A stretch of 64,000 nucleotides of DNA from Candidatus Magasanikiibacteriota bacterium (GTDB lineage: Bacteria; Patescibacteriota; Patescibacteriia; Magasanikbacterales; UBA922), in the NCBI GenBank assembly GCA_041674805.1, contig JBAYVA010000003.1, positions 91,029 through 155,028 of the forward strand, given 5' to 3'. Below are positions 28,432-40,879 of this stretch, piece by piece. Numbering within the stretch: the first letter of the stretch is position 1; each line of letters opens with the position of its first letter. A model generated the notes under the pieces. That model ran no database searches and had not been told where the DNA came from. It saw only the letters and a program-made list of their open reading frames with translations. The position numbers and the translations under genes were made by a program.

Positions 28432-29343
28432 TTATTTTATTTTGTAATTGATAGTTATATTCAATTTTACTGTCTCAGTACCAGTTTCAATAGTAGGACC
28501 AGCACCAACAGATGATTCTAACATTGCCTTATCATAATACATACCTTCATATTCACCAGGAACATATTCACTATAACTCAAGATTGTTTCTAAGTTTATA
28601 CCCAACATTTGAGACAATTGAGCTGCTTTTACTTTGGCATCCTTGATAGCTTTTTGTCTAGCTTCTGCAATATATACTTCTTTATCATCAATACTTTGAG
28701 TTACACCACCAATAGTATTTAGACCCACTTCAGAAGATAAAGCTACAACTTTACTAGCCAAACTAACATTATTACGAACTTTGACAGTTACACTTTGATT
28801 TATACTATAACCTGACAAACTACTTGTACCATCAGTAGCATAGTTATATTCAGGATACATACTTTGAGATTCTGTCTTAATATCTGCTTCTGGGATACCC
28901 AAAGCTTTTACTTTTGTTACAAAGTCAGCTATTAATTTATCATTTTTTTCCATAGCTTCTTGTGAAGTTGCTGCTTTGATAGCAGTACCCACTACTACAG
29001 TACTCACATTTGGTTTTACTTCTACACTACCTTCACCTGTAACTGAAATTTGTTTATCATACAGTTGTCTATCTGCTACACCAATATAATCATATTTTTT
29101 TATTTCATTGCGAATGAGAGTTCCAATGAAAATAATCAAATACACAATTAAAATACCAACGAAAGTCATAATCAACTTTCTACCAAAATGACAACTATGC
29201 TCTTTGCAATGTTTCATCATACCAAAATGACCACCACGACAACAATCGTGTTTTTCTGTTGGCATAGAATCCATAGCAGGCATGTCAGTCATCGAACTTA
29301 AAGTTTTACTACCAGAAGTAGTTTCTGTTTTCTTGACAGGCAT
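28432..29343 (-). CDS. SIMPL domain (DUF541) protein
   Basis: One TM, ISVTGEGSVEVKP, ARQKAIKDAKVKAAQL. Confidence 0.88.
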   Translation of the reverse strand: MPVKKTETTSGSKTLSSMTDMPAMDSMPTEKHDCCRGGHFGMMKHCKEHSCHFGRKLIMTFVGILIVYLIIFIGTLIRNEIKKYDYIGVADRQLYDKQISVTGEGSVEVKPNVSTVVVGTAIKAATSQEAMEKNDKLIADFVTKVKALGIPEADIKTESQSMYPEYNYATDGTSSLSGYSINQSVTVKVRNNVSLASKVVALSSEVGLNTIGGVTQSIDDKEVYIAEARQKAIKDAKVKAAQLSQMLGINLETILSYSEYVPGEYEGMYYDKAMLESSVGAGPTIETGTETVKLNITINYKIK

Positions 29344-29543
29344 AAATTTTAAATTAAATTATTTATATGAATTTATTATAACACAAATTTATATTTTGCA
29401 CAAAATGTAAATTGATAATTGTGTATATTTTTTTATAAACAAAAAAATAAAATAATAAACTATACATAATTACTTGCAACAAACAATCTTTTTTGTATAT
29501 AATGTAAATATTGTACATAGTAAATCTAAAACTCTTTAATTTT

Positions 29544-30128
29544 ATGCAATTTAAACATGACTTAGTCGATAAAACAGATGCTTTTGTAAAAAAAGCTTTT
29601 CAAGATAACCCTCACTACAGTTTTAATCACTGGTCAGTAATGTATAACCATAGTGTTAATGTTCAAAATTTATCTATGAAAATAGCTAATGATATTAAGT
29701 GCAATGAACTAGTAACCTCAATTGCTGCATTACTTCATGATATCGGCAAAATATATCATGCTGATCAAAAGACACTTCACAAAACCCACGAAAGTTTTAA
29801 CTTAATAGTCACTAAAGATTTTTTAGATAATCTTGGATTAACAAGTACTGAATTGAAACAAGTTCGTGATTTAATTTCATATAATAGCGATTCTACTGAA
29901 ATGAAAATAATAAAAGATGCAGATGCTTTGGCTATGTGCTTTGATAAAAAACTATATATGTTATGGATAGAGTGGGCTATCAAAAACGGATTTACTAGTG
30001 ATATACAACGTAAACTAAATAAATATAATAACTTATATTTTGATATCAGCCGACGTTTAGCAGAACCAAATTTAATCAAAATGAAAAACGATTGGGATAA
30101 ATACCAACAAAAAATAAAAAAAACTTAA
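29544..30128 (+). CDS. HD-domain phosphohydrolase
   Basis: H...AALLHDIGK...KDADAL; ATG at 29544 preferred as start. Confidence 0.8.
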   Translation: MQFKHDLVDKTDAFVKKAFQDNPHYSFNHWSVMYNHSVNVQNLSMKIANDIKCNELVTSIAALLHDIGKIYHADQKTLHKTHESFNLIVTKDFLDNLGLTSTELKQVRDLISYNSDSTEMKIIKDADALAMCFDKKLYMLWIEWAIKNGFTSDIQRKLNKYNNLYFDISRRLAEPNLIKMKNDWDKYQQKIKKT

Positions 30129-30175
30129 TATTTATCACAAATAATATATTTATAAGCGGTTAAATAACTTCCTAT

Positions 30176-30709
30176 ATGAAATACATTGCTCTCCTCCGTG
30201 GCATCAATGTCGGCGGTAACCACAAAGTAGAAATGAAAAAACTCAAAATCTTATTTGAATTATTAAGCTACACAAACATTTACACTTATATCAATTCTGG
30301 AAATATTATATTTGAAACAACAGACAAAAAAAATGATGTACTAAAAAAAATAGAAAAATGTCTAAAAAAAGAATTTACTTTTGAAATACCCCTTATTATC
30401 AAAACCGAAAAAGAAATAAAAAAAATAGCGCAGACAATACCAGAAAATTGGCAAAATGATAGTACCCAAAAAACTGATGTTGCTTATTTATTTCCAGAAT
30501 CTGACAACAAAAAAATAATTGATGAATTACCAATCAAAAAAGAATTCCTAGACATTCGTTATGTAAAAGGTGCTATCTTTTGGAATGTAAAGAGAGCTAA
30601 TTATAACAAAAGCCAGCTAAACAAAATAATCAACCACAAATCTTATAAGCTCATGACTATAAGAAATGTTAATACTGCTAGATATTTAGCAGGTATTAAT
30701 AAAAAATGA
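30176..30709 (+). CDS. DUF1697 family protein
   Basis: YIALLRGINVGG, TYINSGNIIF, TIRNVNT. Confidence 0.9.
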   Translation: MKYIALLRGINVGGNHKVEMKKLKILFELLSYTNIYTYINSGNIIFETTDKKNDVLKKIEKCLKKEFTFEIPLIIKTEKEIKKIAQTIPENWQNDSTQKTDVAYLFPESDNKKIIDELPIKKEFLDIRYVKGAIFWNVKRANYNKSQLNKIINHKSYKLMTIRNVNTARYLAGINKK

Positions 30710-30867
30710 AAAAGTTTTACAAAATTTAGTTGTAATTTTAATTCATAAACTTAATTTATCGAAAAAATAATAAAATAATTTAACAATTATTTTAAGGAGT
30801 TCTTTATTAACAAACATTAGAAGTAATACAAAATATTTTGCAAGAACAAAAATAAAGTTAATAAATA

Positions 30868-30897
30868 AAAAAATCGTCTTCTAGAAGACGATTTTTT
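30868..30897. terminator. Bidirectional intrinsic terminator
   Basis: aaaaaatcgtcttctagaagacgatttttt perfect palindrome between convergent genes. Confidence 0.85.
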
Positions 30898-30922
30898 ATT
30901 TTCAAATTACTTATTCTGCTGT

Positions 30923-32797
30923 TTACACTTCAATAATCACTGGCAAAATCATTGGACGTTTTTCAGTCTTACTCAAAACAAATTGTCCTATTTTATCTCT
31001 GATATCGTTTCTAATTTGATTGGTATCAGCCCAAGTTTTTGGATCTGATTTGATAACCAATAGTTTTACTTTTGATCTAATATCTTCTATCAAATCTTTG
31101 TTATTTTTTAGGAAAACAAAACCACGAGAAATAATATCTGGATTTTGAATCAAAGTGCCTGTCTTAGAATCAATAGTAGCTATGACTACCAACATGCCGT
31201 CAGCGGCCAAAACTTGTCTGTCACGCAATACTATATGTTGACTATCACTTACTTCTAGACCATCCACAAAAACATAATCACTTGGCGCTTTTTCTTCCAA
31301 TACTACAGCTTTTTCTTTGTTTACTTCTATGATACTACCGTTGTCTGGCACAAAAACATTTTCTTTTTTGAAACCATTTTTGACAGCCAATTGTTCAGCT
31401 TCACGCAAAAAATAATAATTGGCATAAACTGGAATAAAATAAGTTGGTTTGATTTGATCAAGCATCGTCAAAATATCTTCACGTGTAGCATGACCACTAA
31501 CATGAACATCCATGATTTCACCATGAATAACATTATCACATTGACGATAAATATTATCTTTCAATTGTTGGATACTCCTTTCATTTCCAGGGATGATAGA
31601 TGAAGAAAAAACAACTGTATCATTTTTCTTTAATTGTATAAAACGATGTTGTTTGCTGACAATACGCATCAGGACAGCATTCTTTTCACCTTGAGCACCC
31701 GTACAAATAACTACGACTTTATTTTCTGGATATCTATCCACGTCTTTGACATCTATCAAAACACTTTGGGCAGATTTGATATAACCAAGTTCTTGAGCGA
31801 CTTTGACGTTCATTTTCATACTATAACCATCTAGTGCTACTTTTTTACCAAGTTTTTCAGCTGATTCAATTACCCATTTGATACGTTCTAATTGAGAAGA
31901 AAAAGTACCAATAATTACTCTACCCGGAGCTTTATCCAAAATATTTAATAAATTTTTGTATATTTCTTCATAAATACCATGTCTTTTGTCATTCAAGGCA
32001 CCCAAACTTTCTAACATCAAAACTGTAGGTTTTGGTAAGTTACTCAAATGATCATAATTGATGTGTGTAATACCATTTATATCTCTAGCCAAAGTCCAAT
32101 CACCTGGATGAATCACTGTGCCATTTGGTGTTTCAATGATTACACCAACAGCATCCATAATAGAATGTTCTACTTGAAAAAATTTGATAGTAAATTTACC
32201 AAGTTTTACAACATCTGTCAGATTGTTGATTCTAATTGTACGCAATTTATTAGCAGTACCTTTTTTGTAATCATCTTGCTTATGTTTGATAAGTGCCAAA
32301 GTCAAATCTTTGCCAACTATCACAGGATTACCCAATTGTTCCAAAAGGATTGGAGCAGCGCCAATATGATCCAAATGACCATGAGAAAATACTACACCAC
32401 GAATATTTTTTATTTTTTTCTCTAAATATCTAGCATTAGGAATAATATAATCAATACCAGGCATATCTTCTTCTGGAAATTGGATACCCATATCCAAAAT
32501 CACAATATCATCTTCATATTCAAAAATTGTCATATTACGACCTACTTCTTCACAACCACCAATAGGTATAATACGTAAATTTTTTGAATTATTTTTCAAA
32601 GCCACAATAGGACTTGGTCTTGAAGAAGGACGTCTTTGCAAATTTTTTTGTTTACTATTACTACCACTATTGAGAGAAACTGATTGTGTTTTTCCATTTT
32701 TATGAAAAAATCTTTTTGGTTTAAGTGTTTTTTGGTTACCTGTCACTTCCTCAGGAGTATTTTTTCTGTTTACAACAGAAACATTTTTTCTTATCAT
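30923..32797 (-). CDS. rnj: Ribonuclease J
   Basis: GGCEEVGRNM, SHGHLDHIG, HVSGHA, RPMILPVIIEV; basic N-terminal extension. Confidence 0.95.
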   Translation of the reverse strand: MIRKNVSVVNRKNTPEEVTGNQKTLKPKRFFHKNGKTQSVSLNSGSNSKQKNLQRRPSSRPSPIVALKNNSKNLRIIPIGGCEEVGRNMTIFEYEDDIVILDMGIQFPEEDMPGIDYIIPNARYLEKKIKNIRGVVFSHGHLDHIGAAPILLEQLGNPVIVGKDLTLALIKHKQDDYKKGTANKLRTIRINNLTDVVKLGKFTIKFFQVEHSIMDAVGVIIETPNGTVIHPGDWTLARDINGITHINYDHLSNLPKPTVLMLESLGALNDKRHGIYEEIYKNLLNILDKAPGRVIIGTFSSQLERIKWVIESAEKLGKKVALDGYSMKMNVKVAQELGYIKSAQSVLIDVKDVDRYPENKVVVICTGAQGEKNAVLMRIVSKQHRFIQLKKNDTVVFSSSIIPGNERSIQQLKDNIYRQCDNVIHGEIMDVHVSGHATREDILTMLDQIKPTYFIPVYANYYFLREAEQLAVKNGFKKENVFVPDNGSIIEVNKEKAVVLEEKAPSDYVFVDGLEVSDSQHIVLRDRQVLAADGMLVVIATIDSKTGTLIQNPDIISRGFVFLKNNKDLIEDIRSKVKLLVIKSDPKTWADTNQIRNDIRDKIGQFVLSKTEKRPMILPVIIEV

Positions 32798-33213
32798 AAC
32801 TATAATTTAATTCGCCCCCATCCAATAGACAGGTTGACGAGAGAAAATAATTTCATTCCAACTAAGTTTGAATTTATTCTCACATCCGATTTCCCAATAA
32901 ATAGGGAAAACAAGATTGTTGATTTAATAAATATATATTTCAAAATTTTGAAATATACTTAATCCACATTTTAATATAATTATTAATGTGGATTTTTTGT
33001 TGATAAAAATATCAACCCATACACTCTAAAAAACATCAATTAATTTTGTTACGTTAATATGAAGAAGACTAAAAACGTAAAATAAAAATCAATTAATAAA
33101 TTTATTTTTTAAAGAAAAAATAAATTGTTGAAACAAATTATTGTTTCAAAATAGAATACATATAAAACGAAACAAATTATTGTTTTACGTCAAATCTGTA
33201 TTCTATCAAAAAA

Positions 33214-35256
33214 TTATTTATTGAAATTCCAATTTTTTTTGGTTTTAATATACCACTCATTTACATTTGAAAATCTATCAGCTGGATGAGAAATATTACT
33301 CACATCAAAACCTTTTACAAAATTAGATAAAGCATAAGTATATGTTGGCAAAAATAAAAATGTAGCAGGAGTATCTTCCAAAATTATTTTTTGTAAATCA
33401 CTATACAAAGTATTCAATTCAGAATCTTCTTTGGTTGTTCTAATTTTTTCAAGCAATTCATCTACACTTCTTTTTTCATAATAAGACAAATTCAAACCAG
33501 GATAATCTACTTGTTTTGAATGCCAAAAAGGATATTGATCAGGATCATTGCCCACAATCACACCATACAACAAAATGTCATAATTATGTGTTTTCAAAAC
33601 AGAACGAACAAACTCTTTTGAATCTACCAAACTAACTTTTGTTTTTATACCAATATCTTGATAATAACCAGCAATAAGTTCGGCAATTTTAGTATATTCA
33701 GGAGTTGAAGCTGTGACCAAATTCAATTCCAAAATTTTTGTTTTGTCATTTTTGTCAATTGTTCTATAAAATAATTGAGCTTCATCTAAAGTATTTTCTA
33801 CTTCAATTTTTATATTATTTTTTATTTCTTCAATATTAAGAGTAGTAGTTGTACTAGTAGAAATACCATTATCAGTACTAGAAGTAGTTTCATTTTCTTT
33901 TTTTACTTGTTCTTCATACTCTTTTACTTTTTTTTCTATCAACAAATTTTTGAAATCTTCAGCTGATATCCTTTCATAATTTTTATCCAATAATTTGTTT
34001 GCTTCTTCAAAAGAAAATTTTGTGCCTTCTAAATTTGCATCAAATCCAGGGAAACCCTCTAATATCGGACCATTGATCAATTCAGCTTCATTTTGCAAAA
34101 TATCATTAACAATTCTATTTCTATCTACCGCTTGAGCCAAAGCAAAACGAAAATCTTTTTCATCCAAAAAGTCTCTTTGCATGTTATAAAAAAGAGCTGT
34201 ATATTGTGGAAGTTTCAAAGTATGCAAATCAATATTTTTACGTTTTACTTTTTCCAAATATTCAAATGGTACAAAATTTATACCATCAATTTTTTTTTCA
34301 CGTAATGCTGTGACTAGACCTTCAGGGCCATCATAATCATTGTAAAAAATAAAAGAAAATGTTTTGATATAAGCTGATTGTCCATAAAATTCTTCAAATC
34401 TTTCCAAAACTATTTTGTTGATAGTACCTGTTGAATCTTTCATTATTTTTTTGAAAACAAAAGGACCTGTACCTATTGGTTGCAAATTTTTTTGAGCAAG
34501 TTTTATTTTATCAGAGGAAATTTCTGACCAAAAATGTTTTGGCAAAATACCAACAGTTAAAGTAGACAAAAAAGAAGGAAAAGCTTCATTCAAAGTAAAT
34601 TTGAGAGTATTTTCATCTATTTTTTCTATTTTAACATTTTCAAAACTAACTTTTAGGGGTGAGTTTACCAAACTATCTTGAATAGATTCAAAAGTAAAGA
34701 TAACATCATCTATAGTGAATGGGGTTTTATCATGCCAAAAAACTCCTTGCCTAATCTTAAAAGTATAAACTTTTTTATCTTCACTCACTTCAAAACTACT
34801 AGCCAAATCAGTCACCAAATTACGATTTTTGTCATAACGCATCAGACCAGTATAAACCATACTTACCAAATCTTGATCTACTTCATTCAATCCTGAAAAC
34901 AAAGGATTGATCAATTGTGGTGAGCCTAAGACACCTTCAACATAATCTCCACCAACAGCTGATACTTCTACACGATATTTATCAAAAACTACATTTAATG
35001 ACCAAACAGAACTAAAAATAAAAACTGAAATTGCTGAAAAAAATAATATTTTTTCAAAAACAGACAAAACTTTAGTTATATTAAAAAACTGACGTAAAGA
35101 AGGAAAACTACTTTTACGCATTTTCTTCATAAGTAATATATCGTTTTGTTGTAAACGATCTGAATTTTTGCGAAACTTCAATATTTTTTTAAAAAAATTT
35201 GAAGTTTTTTGTAATAATGAAGACACAATAATAAAGATAACAAATTTAAGTGACAA
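33214..35256 (-). CDS. Peptide/nickel ABC transporter substrate-binding protein (family 5)
   Basis: INPL, WHDKTPFTIDDVIFTF, PIGTGPF; N-terminal TM. Confidence 0.88.
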   Translation of the reverse strand: MSLKFVIFIIVSSLLQKTSNFFKKILKFRKNSDRLQQNDILLMKKMRKSSFPSLRQFFNITKVLSVFEKILFFSAISVFIFSSVWSLNVVFDKYRVEVSAVGGDYVEGVLGSPQLINPLFSGLNEVDQDLVSMVYTGLMRYDKNRNLVTDLASSFEVSEDKKVYTFKIRQGVFWHDKTPFTIDDVIFTFESIQDSLVNSPLKVSFENVKIEKIDENTLKFTLNEAFPSFLSTLTVGILPKHFWSEISSDKIKLAQKNLQPIGTGPFVFKKIMKDSTGTINKIVLERFEEFYGQSAYIKTFSFIFYNDYDGPEGLVTALREKKIDGINFVPFEYLEKVKRKNIDLHTLKLPQYTALFYNMQRDFLDEKDFRFALAQAVDRNRIVNDILQNEAELINGPILEGFPGFDANLEGTKFSFEEANKLLDKNYERISAEDFKNLLIEKKVKEYEEQVKKENETTSSTDNGISTSTTTTLNIEEIKNNIKIEVENTLDEAQLFYRTIDKNDKTKILELNLVTASTPEYTKIAELIAGYYQDIGIKTKVSLVDSKEFVRSVLKTHNYDILLYGVIVGNDPDQYPFWHSKQVDYPGLNLSYYEKRSVDELLEKIRTTKEDSELNTLYSDLQKIILEDTPATFLFLPTYTYALSNFVKGFDVSNISHPADRFSNVNEWYIKTKKNWNFNK

Positions 35257-35297
35257 ATAATTTTGACACCACCAAACTTGAAGATAAGTATTTACCT

Positions 35298-35519
35298 TTA
35301 AACTACTATAAGATTAGCAATAGCTAAGATAAAAAACAAAATAGAGATGACAATTGTAGCTTGATATAATACTTTATCCAAACCACGTCTGGTAGTATAT
35401 ACTGTTCCAGAACCACCAAAAGCTGAACCCAAACCAGATCCTTTTTGTTGTAATAAAATGACTAGAATAAGCAATACAGCTAAAACAATTTGTACTATAT
35501 TTAGAATTTGGTTAATCAT
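35298..35519 (-). CDS. secG: Preprotein translocase subunit SecG
   Basis: ILLQQKGSGLGSAFGG...TRRGLDK, two TMs. Confidence 0.93.
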   Translation of the reverse strand: MINQILNIVQIVLAVLLILVILLQQKGSGLGSAFGGSGTVYTTRRGLDKVLYQATIVISILFFILAIANLIVV

Positions 35520-35733
35520 ACATTTTCTTAGATATTTTAATTATACAATAAATTTAATTAAAAGCAAGTTTAGTAGACTAAGTCTAACAAAATAAGACCT
35601 TTTTGTCAATGACCGCCAATCTACACTAATTATATAAAAAAAATTGCCGTTTGTTAGTATCAAGATTAGTTTTCTCTGTTGACAAAACGAAAAATATGTT
35701 ATAATATGAGCACCATTTATTTAAAATTATTTT

Positions 35734-36459
35734 ATGCTACAAAAATCTAGGTTTTGGAAATACTTATTTGTTTCCATTTCAGTTTTGTTAGGTGCTATTT
35801 TGCTAATTATTTTAATATTTTTTATCTACTATTCCATCAAATTGAAATATGGTGATAATGAAGATATTCAAAATATAGCCAAACAATACGAAAATAATTT
35901 TAGTTCCGCTGTTGACAAAAATGCTCCTCAAGATATAAAAGATTACAATAAACTAATACAAGACTACAACCCAAGCGAAGGAGAAAAAAATGCCAAAGTA
36001 ACTATTTTGGCTTTTATAGATTTTGAATGCCCTTATTGTCAACAAAATTACGAAACTTTCAAATATATCAAAGAAAAATACAAACCAGTTTTAAGGGTTG
36101 TTTTCAAACATTTACCTTTGACTGACTTACACCCAAACGCAGTTTCTTCTGCTTTGGCAAGTACTTGTGCACAAGAACAAGACAAATTTTGGGAATACTA
36201 CACAGCTCTTTTTGAAAACAAAAAATTTGACAATGAATCACTATATCTTTATGCTCAAAATATTGGCTTAAATACAACAAAATTTGACGTTTGTTTCAAA
36301 TCTGAAAAATATTTAATTAATATAGAAAAAGATATAGCTGATGCTGTAAATATAGGACTAAGAGGAACTCCATCTTACGTACTAAACGGACAAATTTTAG
36401 AAGGTAGTATTGAACAAACAGATTGGGACAAATATATTATTCAACATTTAAACAAATAA
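35734..36459 (+). CDS. Membrane-anchored DsbA-family thiol-disulfide oxidoreductase
   Basis: DFECPYC, FKHLPL..LH, GLRGTPS. Confidence 0.9.
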   Translation: MLQKSRFWKYLFVSISVLLGAILLIILIFFIYYSIKLKYGDNEDIQNIAKQYENNFSSAVDKNAPQDIKDYNKLIQDYNPSEGEKNAKVTILAFIDFECPYCQQNYETFKYIKEKYKPVLRVVFKHLPLTDLHPNAVSSALASTCAQEQDKFWEYYTALFENKKFDNESLYLYAQNIGLNTTKFDVCFKSEKYLINIEKDIADAVNIGLRGTPSYVLNGQILEGSIEQTDWDKYIIQHLNK

Positions 36460-36463
36460 AAAT

Positions 36464-37918
36464 ATGAAAAAACTATTTTTACTTTTAATGTTTGGTTTTT
36501 TATTTTTTCCAAACACCTCCCAAGCTTTTGACCAAAGATGTTGGGTAAAAGAAGACTGTGACAATTACCGTGCTTCTTTTGGTAACGTAGAAGCAGAAGA
36601 AGGTTTTTATAGTGCTGCCAAAAATTCTGATGCCAAAAGTATTTGTAAAACTAATGAAAATGGTAAAGATGTCTTAGGTAGAGACATTGGATTATGTCTA
36701 CCTGTTGGCAAAAGTGTTACCAATATAAGTTTTGGAGGCAGAAATGAATTCACTAATATTGGTGATTTTTTAAAATTCTTTTATCAATATGGTTTTGTAG
36801 TAGCCTCTGTCGTAGCTGTAATAATCATCATCGTATCTGGCATCATGTACATTTATTCTGGTGGCAATTCAGATACAGTCGGACAAGCTAAGAAAAAAAT
36901 TTTTGGAGCGGTCATCGGACTAGTTTTATTGGCTTTTGCCTATACTCTCTTAAATAATATCAATCCTTATTTAGTAAACTTACGTATGCCTGGTATTTGG
37001 GCTATAAATACTATGGGTATAGCTCCAGCAAGATGTGAACAATTGGACAAAAATTTAAAAGTTGGTTTAGCAACAACACCCACAACAGCTGTTCCTTATG
37101 ATCAAACAACATGGTTTTTACCAAGTAACACAACGCCTACAATTTGTGGTAATGACTACTATGTAGATAAAACAAATGGACAATTTTGTGAAGGAAATGC
37201 TTGTACACAAAAAAATTACTTATGTTTTAAAGGAATTAATGATCAATTAAGTTCATGCCAAACTGGTAAAATACTAGGACAAGTTTATTCTACTAGTATT
37301 CTAGATAATGCTTTTGGTCAAAAAGGAGGTTTAAATAGTTTAGCTATAGATGTTTTTTTTGATTATTGGGGTTGGATATGGTCAGATGATGTTGAAGTAT
37401 GGATAATGTGTGGGGAAAAACAAACTAATGGATCTGTGACAGGTGAAAAAAATGTAGAAAGAAATGGTATTGATGATGACGATGGTATTGAGATAAATAT
37501 AGATGAAGTAAAAAAAAGACAACAATTTATTTTAAACTATAACGAAACTCAATTAAATGATTTAATTAATGAATGTGACGATCAAAAATATTTAGGATTT
37601 GCTATAGGATTTAATTTAAATACAGCAGCAAATGGAACAGATGTACAACACCTAATAGGATTAGACGAAAACAAAAATCCTATTGATTTATGTGATATGC
37701 CAGATAAAGGAGTTGGTGGAAATTGGGATGAAACTTTTTGTGAAAATCTAGCACATACAATCAAACCTGGTATACCAAAAGAATACTGGATTACAAAAGA
37801 ACAAATGATGGAAGGATTTGTAATGAATCTAGATGTATCAAAAATACCTTCAATATCTACAGATGAAACAAAAAGAGAAAGAGCTTATGCTAAATGGGGA
37901 TACAAAGCACCAAAATAA
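36464..37918 (+). CDS. Cys-rich CPR-type pilin-like protein (TrbC/VirB2-like TM hairpin)
   Basis: Signal peptide; [35 protein letters not shown]...LNNINPYLV; many Cys. Confidence 0.75.
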   Translation: MKKLFLLLMFGFLFFPNTSQAFDQRCWVKEDCDNYRASFGNVEAEEGFYSAAKNSDAKSICKTNENGKDVLGRDIGLCLPVGKSVTNISFGGRNEFTNIGDFLKFFYQYGFVVASVVAVIIIIVSGIMYIYSGGNSDTVGQAKKKIFGAVIGLVLLAFAYTLLNNINPYLVNLRMPGIWAINTMGIAPARCEQLDKNLKVGLATTPTTAVPYDQTTWFLPSNTTPTICGNDYYVDKTNGQFCEGNACTQKNYLCFKGINDQLSSCQTGKILGQVYSTSILDNAFGQKGGLNSLAIDVFFDYWGWIWSDDVEVWIMCGEKQTNGSVTGEKNVERNGIDDDDGIEINIDEVKKRQQFILNYNETQLNDLINECDDQKYLGFAIGFNLNTAANGTDVQHLIGLDENKNPIDLCDMPDKGVGGNWDETFCENLAHTIKPGIPKEYWITKEQMMEGFVMNLDVSKIPSISTDETKRERAYAKWGYKAPK

Positions 37919-37932
37919 AAATTAAAACAAAT

Positions 37933-40761
37933 ATGCAAGATAAAATAAAAGTAATAAACGCTCGAGTACACAATTTAAAAAATGTCTCAGTCGAAATACC
38001 AAAAAATAAATTAACAATTATCACTGGTTTATCTGGTTCTGGTAAATCATCACTCGCTTTTGACACTATTTATGCAGAAGGTCAAAGACGCTATGCTGAA
38101 AGTCTAAATGCTTATGCCAGACAATTCATGGATATGCAAGACAAACCAGATGTAGACGAAATCCAAGGTCTCTCCCCTACTATTGCTATCAACCAAAGAA
38201 ATTTTGCCAAAAATCCCCGCTCTACTGTTGGCACAACTACCGAAATTTATGATTACTTGCGTCTGCTTTTTGCTCGCATCGGCAAGCAATGGTGTCCAAC
38301 TTGTAATATCCCTGTAGAATTTTTTAACTCAGGAAAAATCATTGAAGAAATTAGAAAATTAAAGAAAAAAAATTCTGAACTTTTTTTGTTGTCACCAATT
38401 TTACGCCAACAAAAAGTAAATCTAAAAAATTTAAAAATAAAAATAGAAAAAACTGGTTATAGTAATTTTCTGATCAATAGCGTCAACGTCTCTATCGCCA
38501 ATCTAAAAAATTTCAAATTCAATTCAGATTATTTGTACGATATAGATATTGTCATCGAAAGATTGAGTCAAATTTCTCTTAGTGATCTTACCAAACATGT
38601 AGAAAAAGCATTAGACTATTCCAATGGCTTTGTCAAAATTTATGATGAAGACAAAGATGAAACAATTACCTACTCCCAAGTACCAATGTGTAGTCAATGT
38701 TCTCGTGTATTTGAACCAGTTGAACCTCGCACTTTTAGTTTCAATAGTCCTTATGGAGCTTGTCCTCGTTGTACAGGTCTTGGCAGAACTCTAGAAGTAG
38801 ATACCGAACTTGTCATACCAAATCCAAAACTAACAATTGAAGAAGGCGCTATCCAACCTTGGACCAGACTTGTTGGTAACCAAATTTACTATCAAGAACT
38901 TATTGCCAAAGTAGCCGAAGCTCACAATTTTTCAGTAGACATACCAGTAGAACAATTACCAAAAAAAGTAATTGATATAATTTTTTATGGTACGGAAAAA
39001 CAAGAATACGAAATAAATGGTAAAAAAACAATTTATGAAGGTGTCGTACCTCATTTAACCAACAAATATCTTACTAGTAAATCAGAATACATCAAAAAAG
39101 AAATAGAAAGTTACATGCACGAAAAAGCTTGTTCTATTTGTGATAAAAAAAGATTGAAAAAAGAAAGTTTATATGTAAAAATTTCAGATTTTAGTATTGC
39201 CGATATTGTAGAAATGAGTATTGGCGAAGCTCTAACTTTTTTCAAAGATATAGAAAAAGGTAAATCAGAACTCACCAAAAAATTAGAAGAAAAACAAATA
39301 GAAGTAGCGGTATCTATTTCCAAAGAAATACGTCGTCGTCTTGATCATATAGAAAAAGTAGGTTTGTCTTATTTAACATTGGATAGATCTGTTAGTACTC
39401 TTTCTGGTGGTGAATCACAAAGAGTAAGATTGTCAACTCAATTGTCTGCAGGCTTATCTGGAATTATCTATATCTTGGACGAACCATCTATTGGTTTACA
39501 TCCAAAAGACAATGCCAAACTAATAGAAACTTTGAAATCTCTAAGAGACTCTGGTAATACTGTCATCGTCGTAGAACACGATCAAGCTATTATGGAAGCC
39601 GCTGACTATCTTATTGACATTGGTCCTGGCGCCGGTGAATACGGCGGTCAAATCATGGCTTCTGGCACAGCTGAACAAGTCAAAAAAGACAACAAATCCA
39701 TGACCGGACGTTATTTAAGTAAAAAAGAAAAAATAGATATTCCCAAAAAACCTCGCAAAGGCAATGGCAAAGATATACGTATAGAAGGTGCAACTGCCAA
39801 CAACTTAAAAAATATTGACGTGAGTATTCCACTAGGTAAATTGGTGAGTATTACTGGTGTTTCTGGTTCTGGAAAATCTACTCTTATCTTAGATATTTTG
39901 AGCAAAGAATTAGCCAAAAAATTCTACCGTGCCAAAGATGAACCAGGTGATCACAAGACTATCAAAGGATTGAATAATATAGACAAAGTCATTACTATTG
40001 ACCAAACTCCTATCGGACGTACCCCTCGCAGTAATCCTGCTACATACACTGGGATATTTACTCTCATTCGTGATTTGTTTGCTGAATTACCAGAATCAAA
40101 AATGTTAAGTTATAGTGCTGGTACTTTTAGTTTCAATGTCAAAGGTGATGGACGTTGTGAAGCTTGTGGAGGTGAAGGTTATGTAACTATTCCAATGCAT
40201 TTTTTGAATGATGTTTATGTAGAATGTAGTGAATGTCATGGTACTCGCTATACTCGTGACGTTCTTGAAATCCATCACAAAGACAAAAATATTGCTGAAA
40301 TATTAAATATGACTGTAGAAGAAAGTTACAAATTTTTTATGCATGACAAAAATATTGCTGAAAAATTACAAGTCTTACGCAATGTAGGCTTAGGTTACTT
40401 ACAACTTGGTCAACCAGCTACCACTCTCTCTGGTGGTGAGGCGCAACGTATCAAACTAGCGACTGAATTGTCTCGTCGTTCAACTGGCAAAACTCTTTAC
40501 ATTCTTGATGAACCAAGTACTGGTTTGCACTTTGAAGACATCAAAAAACTTTTACACGTTTTAAATCAACTGGTAGACAAAGGCAATACTGTGCTTATCA
40601 TCGAACACAATTTGGATATTATCAAATCAAGTGACTGGATAATAGATTTAGGTCCTGAAGGTGGCAAAGCTGGCGGTGAAGTAGTTGCTGAAGGTACAGT
40701 AGAAGACGTCATCAAAGTAAAAAAGAGTTGGACTGGAAAGTATTTGAAGGGAGTGGTGTAA
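37933..40761 (+). CDS. uvrA: Excinuclease ABC subunit A
   Basis: [22 protein letters not shown], two ABC modules (LSGGE), Zn fingers; start moved to MQDKIKV. Confidence 0.97.
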   Translation: MQDKIKVINARVHNLKNVSVEIPKNKLTIITGLSGSGKSSLAFDTIYAEGQRRYAESLNAYARQFMDMQDKPDVDEIQGLSPTIAINQRNFAKNPRSTVGTTTEIYDYLRLLFARIGKQWCPTCNIPVEFFNSGKIIEEIRKLKKKNSELFLLSPILRQQKVNLKNLKIKIEKTGYSNFLINSVNVSIANLKNFKFNSDYLYDIDIVIERLSQISLSDLTKHVEKALDYSNGFVKIYDEDKDETITYSQVPMCSQCSRVFEPVEPRTFSFNSPYGACPRCTGLGRTLEVDTELVIPNPKLTIEEGAIQPWTRLVGNQIYYQELIAKVAEAHNFSVDIPVEQLPKKVIDIIFYGTEKQEYEINGKKTIYEGVVPHLTNKYLTSKSEYIKKEIESYMHEKACSICDKKRLKKESLYVKISDFSIADIVEMSIGEALTFFKDIEKGKSELTKKLEEKQIEVAVSISKEIRRRLDHIEKVGLSYLTLDRSVSTLSGGESQRVRLSTQLSAGLSGIIYILDEPSIGLHPKDNAKLIETLKSLRDSGNTVIVVEHDQAIMEAADYLIDIGPGAGEYGGQIMASGTAEQVKKDNKSMTGRYLSKKEKIDIPKKPRKGNGKDIRIEGATANNLKNIDVSIPLGKLVSITGVSGSGKSTLILDILSKELAKKFYRAKDEPGDHKTIKGLNNIDKVITIDQTPIGRTPRSNPATYTGIFTLIRDLFAELPESKMLSYSAGTFSFNVKGDGRCEACGGEGYVTIPMHFLNDVYVECSECHGTRYTRDVLEIHHKDKNIAEILNMTVEESYKFFMHDKNIAEKLQVLRNVGLGYLQLGQPATTLSGGEAQRIKLATELSRRSTGKTLYILDEPSTGLHFEDIKKLLHVLNQLVDKGNTVLIIEHNLDIIKSSDWIIDLGPEGGKAGGEVVAEGTVEDVIKVKKSWTGKYLKGVV

Positions 40762-40779
40762 AACTAATAAAATTAAATG

Positions 40780-40807
40780 AAAACAGAGTTGAAAGGCTCT
40801 GTTTTTT
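40780..40807 (+). terminator. Intrinsic terminator after uvrA
   Basis: aaaacagag-ttgaaagg-ctctgtttttt. Confidence 0.75.
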
Positions 40808-40879
40808 GTGGTTGCAAGAAAATTCCAATAATGATAGACTTAAAATACAATAAATTAAAATTGTTAAATATAAAAATTT

